64,000 nt of DNA from a virus, in IMG/VR virus record IMGVR_UViG_3300030406_003049, positions 30,948 through 94,947 of that record; one strand, given 5' to 3'. Position numbers and translations under genes: made by a program. Numbering within the stretch: position 1 is the stretch's first letter; every line of letters starts with the position of its first letter. This document shows positions 28,769 through 36,477 of the stretch, piece after piece. The notes beneath the pieces are model-generated. The model was not told the DNA's origin. It saw only the letters and a program-made list of their open reading frames with translations, and made no database searches.

Positions 28769-28859
28769 GTATATAGTCGGGTTTCTCAAAAAGATACACC
28801 ATATGGTTGCTTAACTAATCTTTGGTGGCTTTAGCCTAGTAAAAGCAACCTTAAAAAAA
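28769..28859 (-). repeat. Cassette junction repeat R3
   Basis: Palindrome 28798-28807; GGTTGCTT...AAGCAACC 28805-28850. Confidence 0.85.
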
Positions 28860-29140
28860 TGAGAAACTCCGGCTACTCGTTCAAATCCAGTGAATGCGTG
28901 ATGCTTACAGAAAATAGACGAGGGAATACGAGTATAACTAGTATTCTCGCAGTATCAATCTATATGTATCTCCGACCGACTTACATTTACAACTTGACTT
29001 TCGCCTTCGTTTCTCAATGGTGTTATGGCCACTAATAACCATAGGAATAGGACTAGGGAGCATAACGATTTTAACTCTTAGTTTTCTATTTTTATTTCAA
29101 TTTCAAAAATGAGTATCGCTATGCTCCCGTTGAATGGGAC
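28860..29140 (-). ncRNA. Structured ~280-nt non-coding RNA downstream of paralog C
   Basis: No ORF; stems TGAGAAAC/GTTTCTCA, ATGGT..ACCAT, GGGAGCATA/TATGCTCCC; ends at the R3 T-tract. Confidence 0.5.
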
Positions 29141-29173
29141 TGGCGCAACATGGGGATATTGCATTAGTTAGGC

Positions 29174-29668
29174 TTATTCGCTATCCTCCTTAACAGGTAG
29201 CGTAAGACCAGTGATGTTATCATCGGTCAATTCACCGTTCCAAAGTTTATTCTTGTATGAGTCAGTTAGAAGTCTTCTAACTCTCTTACCAAAGTAGTCT
29301 GCTAGTTCTTGAATATCAGCGAACTTTTGACCCGATGTATTACGCATAGGCATAATAGTATCAATCATCAATTCCGGCTCACCAATACCCACAAAAACAT
29401 TTACTACCCGATTCACTACAGAATCCACAACGGCTTGAACTTGTGTAGGTAATGATGGTTGAGTGCCTTTGCGGATAGGGGAGTTTGGGAGTGTTTGACA
29501 CAAAGACCTAATACTCGCCCAAAATTGCTCATATTGTTTTTCAGTTTGACCTTCAACTTGTGCTGATGTTATCATGCCTCTTAGAACTATGTCCAAAGAA
29601 CCAGCATCGTTCACATCTAGCCAAGTTATAATGCTATTTGTTTTTTCTACTAATTTACTATATTCCAT
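29174..29668 (-). CDS. Early-region paralog family member C
   Basis: QFWASIRSL, PSLPTQVQ, TSGQKFAD, WNG; same RBS block as paralog B places the start at 29668. Confidence 0.75.
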   Translation of the reverse strand: MEYSKLVEKTNSIITWLDVNDAGSLDIVLRGMITSAQVEGQTEKQYEQFWASIRSLCQTLPNSPIRKGTQPSLPTQVQAVVDSVVNRVVNVFVGIGEPELMIDTIMPMRNTSGQKFADIQELADYFGKRVRRLLTDSYKNKLWNGELTDDNITGLTLPVKEDSE

Positions 29669-29737
29669 ATTTTTCATCTCCTTGATTGTATGCTAACCAT
29701 ACAATATCCCCATGAAGCAATAATAAGTGGGTCTATT

Positions 29738-29827
29738 CTATATGAAACGGGTATTTCAAAGTAAACCATATGGTTGTGTCAGTCATTCTTTTTGATTGCT
29801 TCGCTACTAGACACAACCCTAAAAAAA
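29738..29827 (-). repeat. Cassette junction repeat R4
   Basis: Palindrome 29765-29774; GGTTGTGTC...GACACAACC 29772-29818. Confidence 0.85.
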
Positions 29828-29884
29828 GGGAAAAAACCGACTACCCCTAAAGATAGCCGGTTTTTTTTAACCGAGTGTGATTAT

Positions 29885-30073
29885 TTATCCTAAACATTCA
29901 TAATCATTCATAATACACGCCCTAAGTTTTTCCCCCTCAAGGTGTGTTAGTCGCTTTTGGTGTAAATATTGCTCAAACTTTTCAAGAGCATATCTTTCTA
30001 ATTGTTCACGGCTCATTGATTTGATTAATCTTATTGTATATGGGCTTACATAGTGTAGTTTCAACATATTCAT
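29885..30073 (-). CDS. Hypothetical protein
   Basis: 62 aa; ATGA-coupled to the Ocr-like gene. Confidence 0.55.
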   Translation of the reverse strand: MNMLKLHYVSPYTIRLIKSMSREQLERYALEKFEQYLHQKRLTHLEGEKLRACIMNDYECLG

Positions 30074-30339
30074 TCCTCCTCATCTGCTTCATTCCAAGCC
30101 TCATAAAATCGTCCTAAAAACGCCTCAAAAATATGACCCTGCATTATTTCTCCAACTTGAAGACCTGTATGTTGGGGTTCAATTTGAATGTTTAACGGTG
30201 TTCCTATTACATCGTGATATGTTGTATATATTTCACCGAAATATACAGGGAGTAAACTCTCTACATATTCATGTATTCCGTCTTCATCATCATATTGCTT
30301 TTTGTATTCTTTTACTTCTTCTGCCCAATCTATTGACAT
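30070..30339 (-). CDS. Ocr (T7 gp0.3)-like acidic DNA mimic
   Basis: Leaderless start MSIDW; DDEDGIHEYVESLLPVYFGEI and VGEIMQGHIFEAF resemble Ocr [22 protein letters not shown] and [13 protein letters not shown]; acidic tail. Confidence 0.6.
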   Translation of the reverse strand: MSIDWAEEVKEYKKQYDDEDGIHEYVESLLPVYFGEIYTTYHDVIGTPLNIQIEPQHTGLQVGEIMQGHIFEAFLGRFYEAWNEADEEE

Positions 30340-30358
30340 ATTATTATAATATGAATTG

Positions 30359-30427
30359 GTATATAATCGGGTTATACAAAGCAACACCATATGGTAATAC
30401 AATCTAGTCTGTTATACAACCATATGG
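30359..30427 (-). repeat. Terminal junction R5 (two ACCATATGG copies, GTTATACAA direct repeat, TATA)
   Basis: ACCATATGGT 30386-30395, ACCATATGG 30419-30427, GTTATACAA at 30371 and 30411. Confidence 0.75.
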
Positions 30428-30574
30428 CTTTGTTCCAAAATTTTTTTCTTTGTTAATTTAGCCTAATTAACCATTAATCGTTAAATTAGGCTCATTAACT
30501 ACTGATATTAACAAGTTAGGACATAAAACTACAACATTTATTACCTCTATAATATTACGATATGTCAAGGAGGT

Positions 30575-30811
30575 TTGTTCATTAGTGCTGAATTACGAAA
30601 TAGATTAGATTCCGTAGTTCAAACAATAAGGCAAGTATTACAATATACAAAAGAGCAAAAAGCGTTTACTGATAAACAAAATAAGGAATTACGCTATGCT
30701 CAAGTAGAGTTAAGAAAACTGATTAAGTATATACAGGATATTAAATCAACCACTGATAAAGATGAGAGATTTAAGGACTATGGTAATACTAAGCAAACTA
30801 AACTATTGTAA
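30575..30811 (+). CDS. Hypothetical coiled-coil protein
   Basis: First plus-strand ORF; GGAGGT RBS. Confidence 0.55.
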   Translation: MFISAELRNRLDSVVQTIRQVLQYTKEQKAFTDKQNKELRYAQVELRKLIKYIQDIKSTTDKDERFKDYGNTKQTKLL

Positions 30812-30923
30812 GTTAAAGTTTTATTGTGGAAATACATAATATAAGAAAAAAAAATTTTCGCTAGTGCTACAAAAATTCCGCCACATTTTTTGAAAAAGTC
30901 GTTTAAAATAAAAGGTGAATAAT

Positions 30924-32153
30924 ATGACATGGGAAAATATACTCAAAGACAAACCACTACTAGATATGAGAAGAATAAATAATCTATATTCCCCATATAT
31001 TGCATATCATGTAGCAGGGTTGATAGAATCCGAACTTTATGGAAAACTTAGAACTATTCCGTATAATGAAAAAATAAGCGACGCTTTAGAATATTGCATT
31101 AGTTTTGATTATAACGAATTTGCAGAAGAGATATTTAGTGGAAGCAAGGGCGACTATGGTATAGCAGATAAAGAAGCCGAAGGGTTGTATAATGATGGTA
31201 AAAAATTTGGTGGTAAATTTACTCTTAAAGTAAGATGGGAAAAACCCATGTATCAGTTTGAAGGAGTAGAAGAAGTTGGTAAAAAATTAGACGGTGTTGA
31301 ATTAGATATAGAATATGAAGGTTCATGGGCTAAAAATTATCAAGGTGTAAAACTAGGAAAGGGGCAGAATGTTAAAAATTTCAAAATCAATGCTTCTTCA
31401 ATTAAAAAACAACTAGACGAGGCACTAGAAGGTGCAACCATTAAACACGACGGAGAAGAATATGGAGTAATGTTAAGATTTTTAGACAAGCCTGACTTTA
31501 AAATTAAGGCTCTTCAAGACTTAATTGGGCGAGCATATATGGACTATGGCGGCACTATTGGTGACGACCCTGCAAGAAGTTATCCAAATTATAATAAAAG
31601 ACCAACTAGTAAAACTAAGAAAGAGTCTTGGCGTAGCGTTTTGCGAACTAGTGCTAACTTTGGCGGTAAGGGTAGAAGGAGCGACAAGAAAGTAGATGCT
31701 TATATGAAGGCTCTTGATATTGACAATGACCCCGAATCCATAGCAGATATGCAATCCGGTAAAAAACTCATACAAAATGATGTAGAAATTGCCGAAGGAA
31801 TAAGTGTAGATGATTTCTACAAAATAATGGATAAAGCGAATGTAAGTCAAGAAAAGTTAGAAGAAGAAGAAGAAGAGGCAGATGCGGAAGGTAGAGATGA
31901 ACTGATTTTTTACTTGCAGGGTGAAATGTCATCACTTGGTAAATTGGATTTAAATATAACTGTTCCTAATCTTGAGGAGCGAAACACAAAGCGTAGCAGA
32001 TATGGTTATATTGATGGAACTTATACCCCACTTACTTTTAACGAATATATGGAATTAGAAAACATAAAGGCTAAACAACATATATTTGAGATTGAAAAAG
32101 TAAAAGAAGGTTTTATGAAAATTTTTGAAGAAGTAAAAACATTAGGTGAATAA
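30924..32153 (+). CDS. WxxILK-tagged hypothetical protein
   Basis: MTWENILK after GGTGA RBS. Confidence 0.7.
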   Translation: MTWENILKDKPLLDMRRINNLYSPYIAYHVAGLIESELYGKLRTIPYNEKISDALEYCISFDYNEFAEEIFSGSKGDYGIADKEAEGLYNDGKKFGGKFTLKVRWEKPMYQFEGVEEVGKKLDGVELDIEYEGSWAKNYQGVKLGKGQNVKNFKINASSIKKQLDEALEGATIKHDGEEYGVMLRFLDKPDFKIKALQDLIGRAYMDYGGTIGDDPARSYPNYNKRPTSKTKKESWRSVLRTSANFGGKGRRSDKKVDAYMKALDIDNDPESIADMQSGKKLIQNDVEIAEGISVDDFYKIMDKANVSQEKLEEEEEEADAEGRDELIFYLQGEMSSLGKLDLNITVPNLEERNTKRSRYGYIDGTYTPLTFNEYMELENIKAKQHIFEIEKVKEGFMKIFEEVKTLGE

Positions 32154-32154
32154 T

Positions 32155-32430
32155 ATGACATGGAAAGATATGTTGAAGAAAGATGATGGAAGAAAGGAAT
32201 TGAGACGAGAGATACTTCATCATAGAAGGAAGAAAGAAAGCAAGAAGCGTCAAATGGATAGGAAGAACCAAGATAGTAAAAAACCAAAAAGAAAAGTGAA
32301 TTATGCTAATCCAACAAGACTTGAGGATTTTCCTGAACATATAAAGGGAATTAGCCTACCTAGTAGTTTTGACCCCGATAAAGATAGTGTAGAAGATTAT
32401 CTTAAAGACCCTAAAAGATTTGAAAGGTGA
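32155..32430 (+). CDS. WxxILK-tagged basic protein
   Basis: MTWKDMLKK. Confidence 0.65.
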   Translation: MTWKDMLKKDDGRKELRREILHHRRKKESKKRQMDRKNQDSKKPKRKVNYANPTRLEDFPEHIKGISLPSSFDPDKDSVEDYLKDPKRFER

Positions 32431-32435
32431 ATAAT

Positions 32436-32687
32436 ATGACATGGAAAGATGAGATAAAGAAAAGAGCATATCGTTATGATGGTGTTTTTTTAGTTAAGTT
32501 AAGAGAGGCAATAGATGATTTGGCTTCCGATTTAGAAGATATTGTTAGTGAAAAAGATATTAAGGAAATGGCTGAAAAATACAAGCAAAATTTTAGCCGT
32601 TATGAAATAGTCATTATGGCTTTAGAAGATGAAGCAAGAAAAATACAAGACCAATTAACCGAAGATGCTGAAACGGCAAAATACTAA
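32436..32687 (+). CDS. WxxILK-tagged protein
   Basis: MTWKDEIKK. Confidence 0.65.
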   Translation: MTWKDEIKKRAYRYDGVFLVKLREAIDDLASDLEDIVSEKDIKEMAEKYKQNFSRYEIVIMALEDEARKIQDQLTEDAETAKY

Positions 32688-32697
32688 GGTGAATAAT

Positions 32698-33129
32698 ATG
32701 ACATGGAAAAACGCTATTCGCAAGGCAAGAGTATATGATTTTACATATACTACTGAACTTGAGAGGCGTAAGCATGGTAGATTGCATTCTATTACTGGTG
32801 GAAAGGGTGTCTATGAAACTGATTATGAAAAAGTCATAATTGAATGGAGTTTGACTTTTGAGAATAGCGAAGATTCAGTATATATCCAAGAGCCGAATAT
32901 TGACAAAATTACTGTAGTGGGTGTTGATGCTTCTTTTGATGAGGGCTTTGATGCGGCTAATATGGAATGGGATATAGAAAATAAAGATGTTGTAGTAGAT
33001 GATGTTCAAGCAGATATATATTTAAGCACTAAGGAATTACCTATGACTTTGATTCCTTACATAGATGCTGAATTGGTAAAAGACGGAGATGGATTGACAT
33101 TAGATGAAATTGTTATTACATTTGGATAG
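32698..33129 (+). CDS. WxxILK-tagged acidic beta-rich protein
   Basis: MTWKNAIRK. Confidence 0.65.
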   Translation: MTWKNAIRKARVYDFTYTTELERRKHGRLHSITGGKGVYETDYEKVIIEWSLTFENSEDSVYIQEPNIDKITVVGVDASFDEGFDAANMEWDIENKDVVVDDVQADIYLSTKELPMTLIPYIDAELVKDGDGLTLDEIVITFG

Positions 33130-33137
33130 GTGAAAAT

Positions 33138-33422
33138 ATGACATGGAAAGAAGAAATAAAGAAAAGAAGTATGAGAAGAAAACCACAAACAAAGATTGCA
33201 GGAGTAGGTAGAGTCACAAGAGCCAAAGACACCGGAACTGCAAAGAGAGGTAGAGAGCGAATGTTAGATGTAGACGAAACTAGTTTAGACGACAACAGAT
33301 ATGAAGAAATGTTGGCGGAGTCTACAAAACAAGAGTTGCTTGATGCTATTGAAAAACTAAGTCAAGAAGATTTAGTTAATATCTTTGTAGCGGCTAGAGG
33401 CGATGTTAAACTAAGGCTTTGA
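33138..33422 (+). CDS. WxxILK-tagged protein
   Basis: MTWKEEIKK. Confidence 0.65.
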   Translation: MTWKEEIKKRSMRRKPQTKIAGVGRVTRAKDTGTAKRGRERMLDVDETSLDDNRYEEMLAESTKQELLDAIEKLSQEDLVNIFVAARGDVKLRL

Positions 33423-33531
33423 TAAATATGACACGGTGTAATTACTTAGATGGTTGGTTTGATGCAAAGTCAAAAGAATTAGATGAGGCCGAGAAAAAAC
33501 AAAAGAAAGATTTGATTACAGGTGAAAAGAA

Positions 33532-33900
33532 ATGACTTGGGAAGATATTGTTAAAAATAGAGATGAGGTCAAAGCGAGAAAGCAAAGAGTTGCTGAAAGA
33601 AGAAAACTCCGAGAATCACCAAGTCATTTTTTACAGTCTGTAAAACAACTAAAGGACACAATTAAGACTTTAGAAAAACTAAGTAAGAAATATGACTATG
33701 ATAAAAAGAAAATGATTGATAATACTATTGCAGGGCTTGAGCAACAAATAGACAAACTAATGAGTATTGCTTTAGATAAAGGAGATACTTTTGAAAAAGG
33801 AGCAGGAGGAGTTTCTTTTGGCGGTCATGGAACTAACCCCGAATTATTTAACATAAGATATGGTAAAAAGCGGAGGAAGAAAGATGGGGAAAGAGACTAA
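33532..33900 (+). CDS. WxxILK-tagged protein
   Basis: MTWEDIVK. Confidence 0.65.
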   Translation: MTWEDIVKNRDEVKARKQRVAERRKLRESPSHFLQSVKQLKDTIKTLEKLSKKYDYDKKKMIDNTIAGLEQQIDKLMSIALDKGDTFEKGAGGVSFGGHGTNPELFNIRYGKKRRKKDGERD

Positions 33901-35038
33901 AAAATCCGTTATTAATTACAATGGTAATGAGTTTTCAATTAGCGGAACTTATAAATTCATAAAAGAATATGAAGTTTGGAAAACAGTTTGTGAAGGAATA
34001 TCAAGTAAGAGACTTCTTAGCGAAGGCAGAAGAATAAGGCGTGATAGAGAAGGTAAAAAGAAAGGAACTATTGATACTAAAAGTGGACAACCTCACCCCG
34101 ATGATTTATACGGGCAATTAAGGCAACATGTCACCAGTGCTTATAGAAGGGAAAAATCCCCCAACAAAGGAGGAACAGGAACTTTTACTCTACTAAATGA
34201 TATAGACCAATTTATGAAAGATTTTCCCGATGTTGGGATTTTAACAGAAGAACATAGAGAAGACCTTGAAGCATTCAAGAAAAAAATAGATGGTTTCAAT
34301 GAACCAAATAGCACCTTAAATCCAAGAAACATAACTTTCAAATCTCCTAAAAAATATGATAAAAAAGGAAAAAACATTGGTGGAGCAGATGAAGTAGAAG
34401 TCTATTATGGACACTACGCTAATGAATGGTTTAAGGCTAAATACCCCGACGCAAAAAAAGCACCCTCAAAATGGTATAGCACTTCTAAAAATACGGCAAA
34501 TCCTCCATTGGCTCAAGCCTTATTTGGAAAGGGCGACTTGGTAAAAGTTGGTCTTAAGCAAGTAATTGATATTGCTATTGCTGAACTGAATAAAGATATT
34601 GATAATGTAAATATCGTAGTTAGGCGACCTTCATTACTAAACAGGTTTAAGTCAATTAGAAAGCATGTATTTTCTTTATTGAATAATAAAAATTTATTCA
34701 ATAAAGACGGAGTTCCTAATTTAACAAAAATGGCTCAAACATTTCAAGGCATGAGATTTACAATAGAAGGAAGAACCGCAGGTAAAAGATATGCCGGAAC
34801 TGAAAAAGAATCTTTGGCTAGAACCGCAGGTATTGATGTTCCGGCAGGTAATATCAAAACTTTTACTTTACAAAAAATAGGGAGACAGGCTATGGCTTCT
34901 CTAATTGTTGCAGTAGTTGGTAAAGGAAAGTCAAAGAAATTAAGATGGGGTGGCTATCTAAGATTAAAGGGCTTGAATGTTCCCGAAGAACCACAAGATG
35001 ATGTGAAGAAATCTTGGTATGAATATTTATGGGGTTGA
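33860..35038 (+). CDS. Basic hypothetical protein
   Basis: 392-aa ORF; C-terminal KKSWYEYLWG. Confidence 0.65.
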   Translation: MVKSGGRKMGKETKKSVINYNGNEFSISGTYKFIKEYEVWKTVCEGISSKRLLSEGRRIRRDREGKKKGTIDTKSGQPHPDDLYGQLRQHVTSAYRREKSPNKGGTGTFTLLNDIDQFMKDFPDVGILTEEHREDLEAFKKKIDGFNEPNSTLNPRNITFKSPKKYDKKGKNIGGADEVEVYYGHYANEWFKAKYPDAKKAPSKWYSTSKNTANPPLAQALFGKGDLVKVGLKQVIDIAIAELNKDIDNVNIVVRRPSLLNRFKSIRKHVFSLLNNKNLFNKDGVPNLTKMAQTFQGMRFTIEGRTAGKRYAGTEKESLARTAGIDVPAGNIKTFTLQKIGRQAMASLIVAVVGKGKSKKLRWGGYLRLKGLNVPEEPQDDVKKSWYEYLWG

Positions 35039-35699
35039 TAAAATGGTGACTAGAAAGCGTTGTGGATTTTGTCAGCATGAAGATAGAGAAGAATTAGAGG
35101 AGGCTCTTGAACAAGGTTCAGTAAGTTGTGATGATTTAGATAGAACCCATAATTGGAGAAGTGGAACTGCGGCACAACATCAAAGAAACCACATGGGGGA
35201 TTATGTCAATAGTAGTAATCCTAAATGTGTATTATGCACAGACCCGATGAGAAAACACTATGAAGAAAGTTTGTCAAATGGTGATATTACAAGTGAGGCT
35301 ATTGCCGAAGCATTAGGAACAACAAAAGAACAAATCCAAAGGCACATGAAACATCACTTAGCACCACTAGTTCAAGAATCAGCCGCAGTTGTTATAGCAA
35401 AAAAAGAAGTAAATGAAATTGATTTACTAAGCACTAACATACAAAGGCTAGATAGCAAATTAGATGATTTATTTAATGCGGTTGATTTAGAACCTAGAGA
35501 AATAGATAGTCTAACTAAACTTGCGAAAGAAGTTAGAGAGTCGTTAAAATATCTTATGGAGTTTAAGGGCAAACTTATACATAAGAGACAGGACACAATT
35601 ATATTTGCACAGATGCAAATTGTCCAAGAAGTGCTTGCTGAAAACAATCCCGAAATTTGGTTAGACATTAAGAAAAGAATGCAGGAGAAATTACAATGA
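35019..35699 (+). CDS. Tandem Zn-finger/HTH plus coiled-coil protein; candidate terminase small subunit
   Basis: Two CxxC...HxxxH repeats and a helical C-terminus; upstream of terL; likely start MVTRK. Confidence 0.4.
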   Translation: MNIYGVDKMVTRKRCGFCQHEDREELEEALEQGSVSCDDLDRTHNWRSGTAAQHQRNHMGDYVNSSNPKCVLCTDPMRKHYEESLSNGDITSEAIAEALGTTKEQIQRHMKHHLAPLVQESAAVVIAKKEVNEIDLLSTNIQRLDSKLDDLFNAVDLEPREIDSLTKLAKEVRESLKYLMEFKGKLIHKRQDTIIFAQMQIVQEVLAENNPEIWLDIKKRMQEKLQ

Positions 35700-36268
35700 G
35701 TTGGGAAGACATACTTAAACAAAAATTTGATTTTAACAAGTTAAAATTTTATAGTCAAGGAGGCCAACAAGACCCTCATGGTTGGCGTGGACTATATCAA
35801 TTCCCAAAGGGAGGTTATTTTAGTATTGTCATGGGGCGTGGAGCATTTAGTAAACCCGAAACATATCTTAAAGACCCAATGGCGTATGAAGGATATGAAG
35901 TATTGTTAAGACACCCTGTTATAGATGAGGCTTACGAATTAGAATTTCTAGGCGTAGCCCCCGATTTATTAAACAACTATGAGAAAATTTCATCATATGA
36001 AGAACCCATTATTTTCAAAAATTTAACAAAAGAAGAAGTGTCCGAAATTGCTAGACTAGTTGAAGAAACTCCTCATTCAGTAATAGAGGAAAGAAAACTA
36101 GATTCTTATTCTTCATACAAAGCAGAAGAAGCAACAACAGTTGAAGATTATGACTCGTTAATTGAGCATTTTAAGAAAGATAACATGGAACTAGATGAAA
36201 AAGAAAGAAAATACCTAATAGATAAATTTACTAGAATGAAAAAAGACTTACAGGAGGGCAAAAAATGA
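35696..36268 (+). CDS. WxxILK-tagged protein
   Basis: MSWEDILK. Confidence 0.65.
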   Translation: MSWEDILKQKFDFNKLKFYSQGGQQDPHGWRGLYQFPKGGYFSIVMGRGAFSKPETYLKDPMAYEGYEVLLRHPVIDEAYELEFLGVAPDLLNNYEKISSYEEPIIFKNLTKEEVSEIARLVEETPHSVIEERKLDSYSSYKAEEATTVEDYDSLIEHFKKDNMELDEKERKYLIDKFTRMKKDLQEGKK

Positions 36269-36462
36269 ATTGGGAAGATGTATTAAAATTACAAGCATAC
36301 TCCGGCACTTGTCCTAAGTGCGGCACATTTAGACCAAGAGAAGGAACTTCTGTTTGTCCAATAAAAGACCCTCAATGCCCTATGGAAACTAAGAAAAAAA
36401 CTTCTCTAATTGATAGAGCAAGACAGGCGAATAGAGAAGACCCTAGAATGGGAAGTAGATAA
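36265..36462 (+). CDS. WxxILK-tagged Zn-binding microprotein
   Basis: MNWEDVLK; CPKC...C..C. Confidence 0.6.
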   Translation: MNWEDVLKLQAYSGTCPKCGTFRPREGTSVCPIKDPQCPMETKKKTSLIDRARQANREDPRMGSR

Positions 36463-36477
36463 TTGGGGTAGTTTGTT

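Noticed and set aside
28860-29170. Group I/II intron, RNase P or tRNA
   Set aside because: UUGCGCC and GAAAGUC resemble fragments of such RNAs, but I found no domain V, P7 core or cloverleaf. No tRNA was recognised anywhere in the window.
30340-30402. 5' extension of ORF 30070-30402 from the ORF track
   Set aside because: It overlaps the TATA/palindrome repeat; the leaderless ATG at 30339 matches the spacing seen at 28749.
170-30407. Plus-strand ORFs in the left arm (e.g. 3565-4017, 11944-12513, 26560-26958) and minus-strand ORFs in the right arm
   Set aside because: Antisense shadows of well-supported genes, with Ser/Phe/Leu-biased composition and no RBS.
27475-30427. Canonical integron (attC array)
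   Set aside because: Hairpin ends run GTT...AAC, the reverse of attC (RYYYAAC...GTTRRRY); the cassettes carry their own promoters; no IntI is in the window. Kept only as an analogy.
26005-30427. CRISPR or mini-CRISPR array
   Set aside because: Repeats are either 5-9-nt iterons or separated by whole genes; there is no regular repeat-spacer period and no cas gene.
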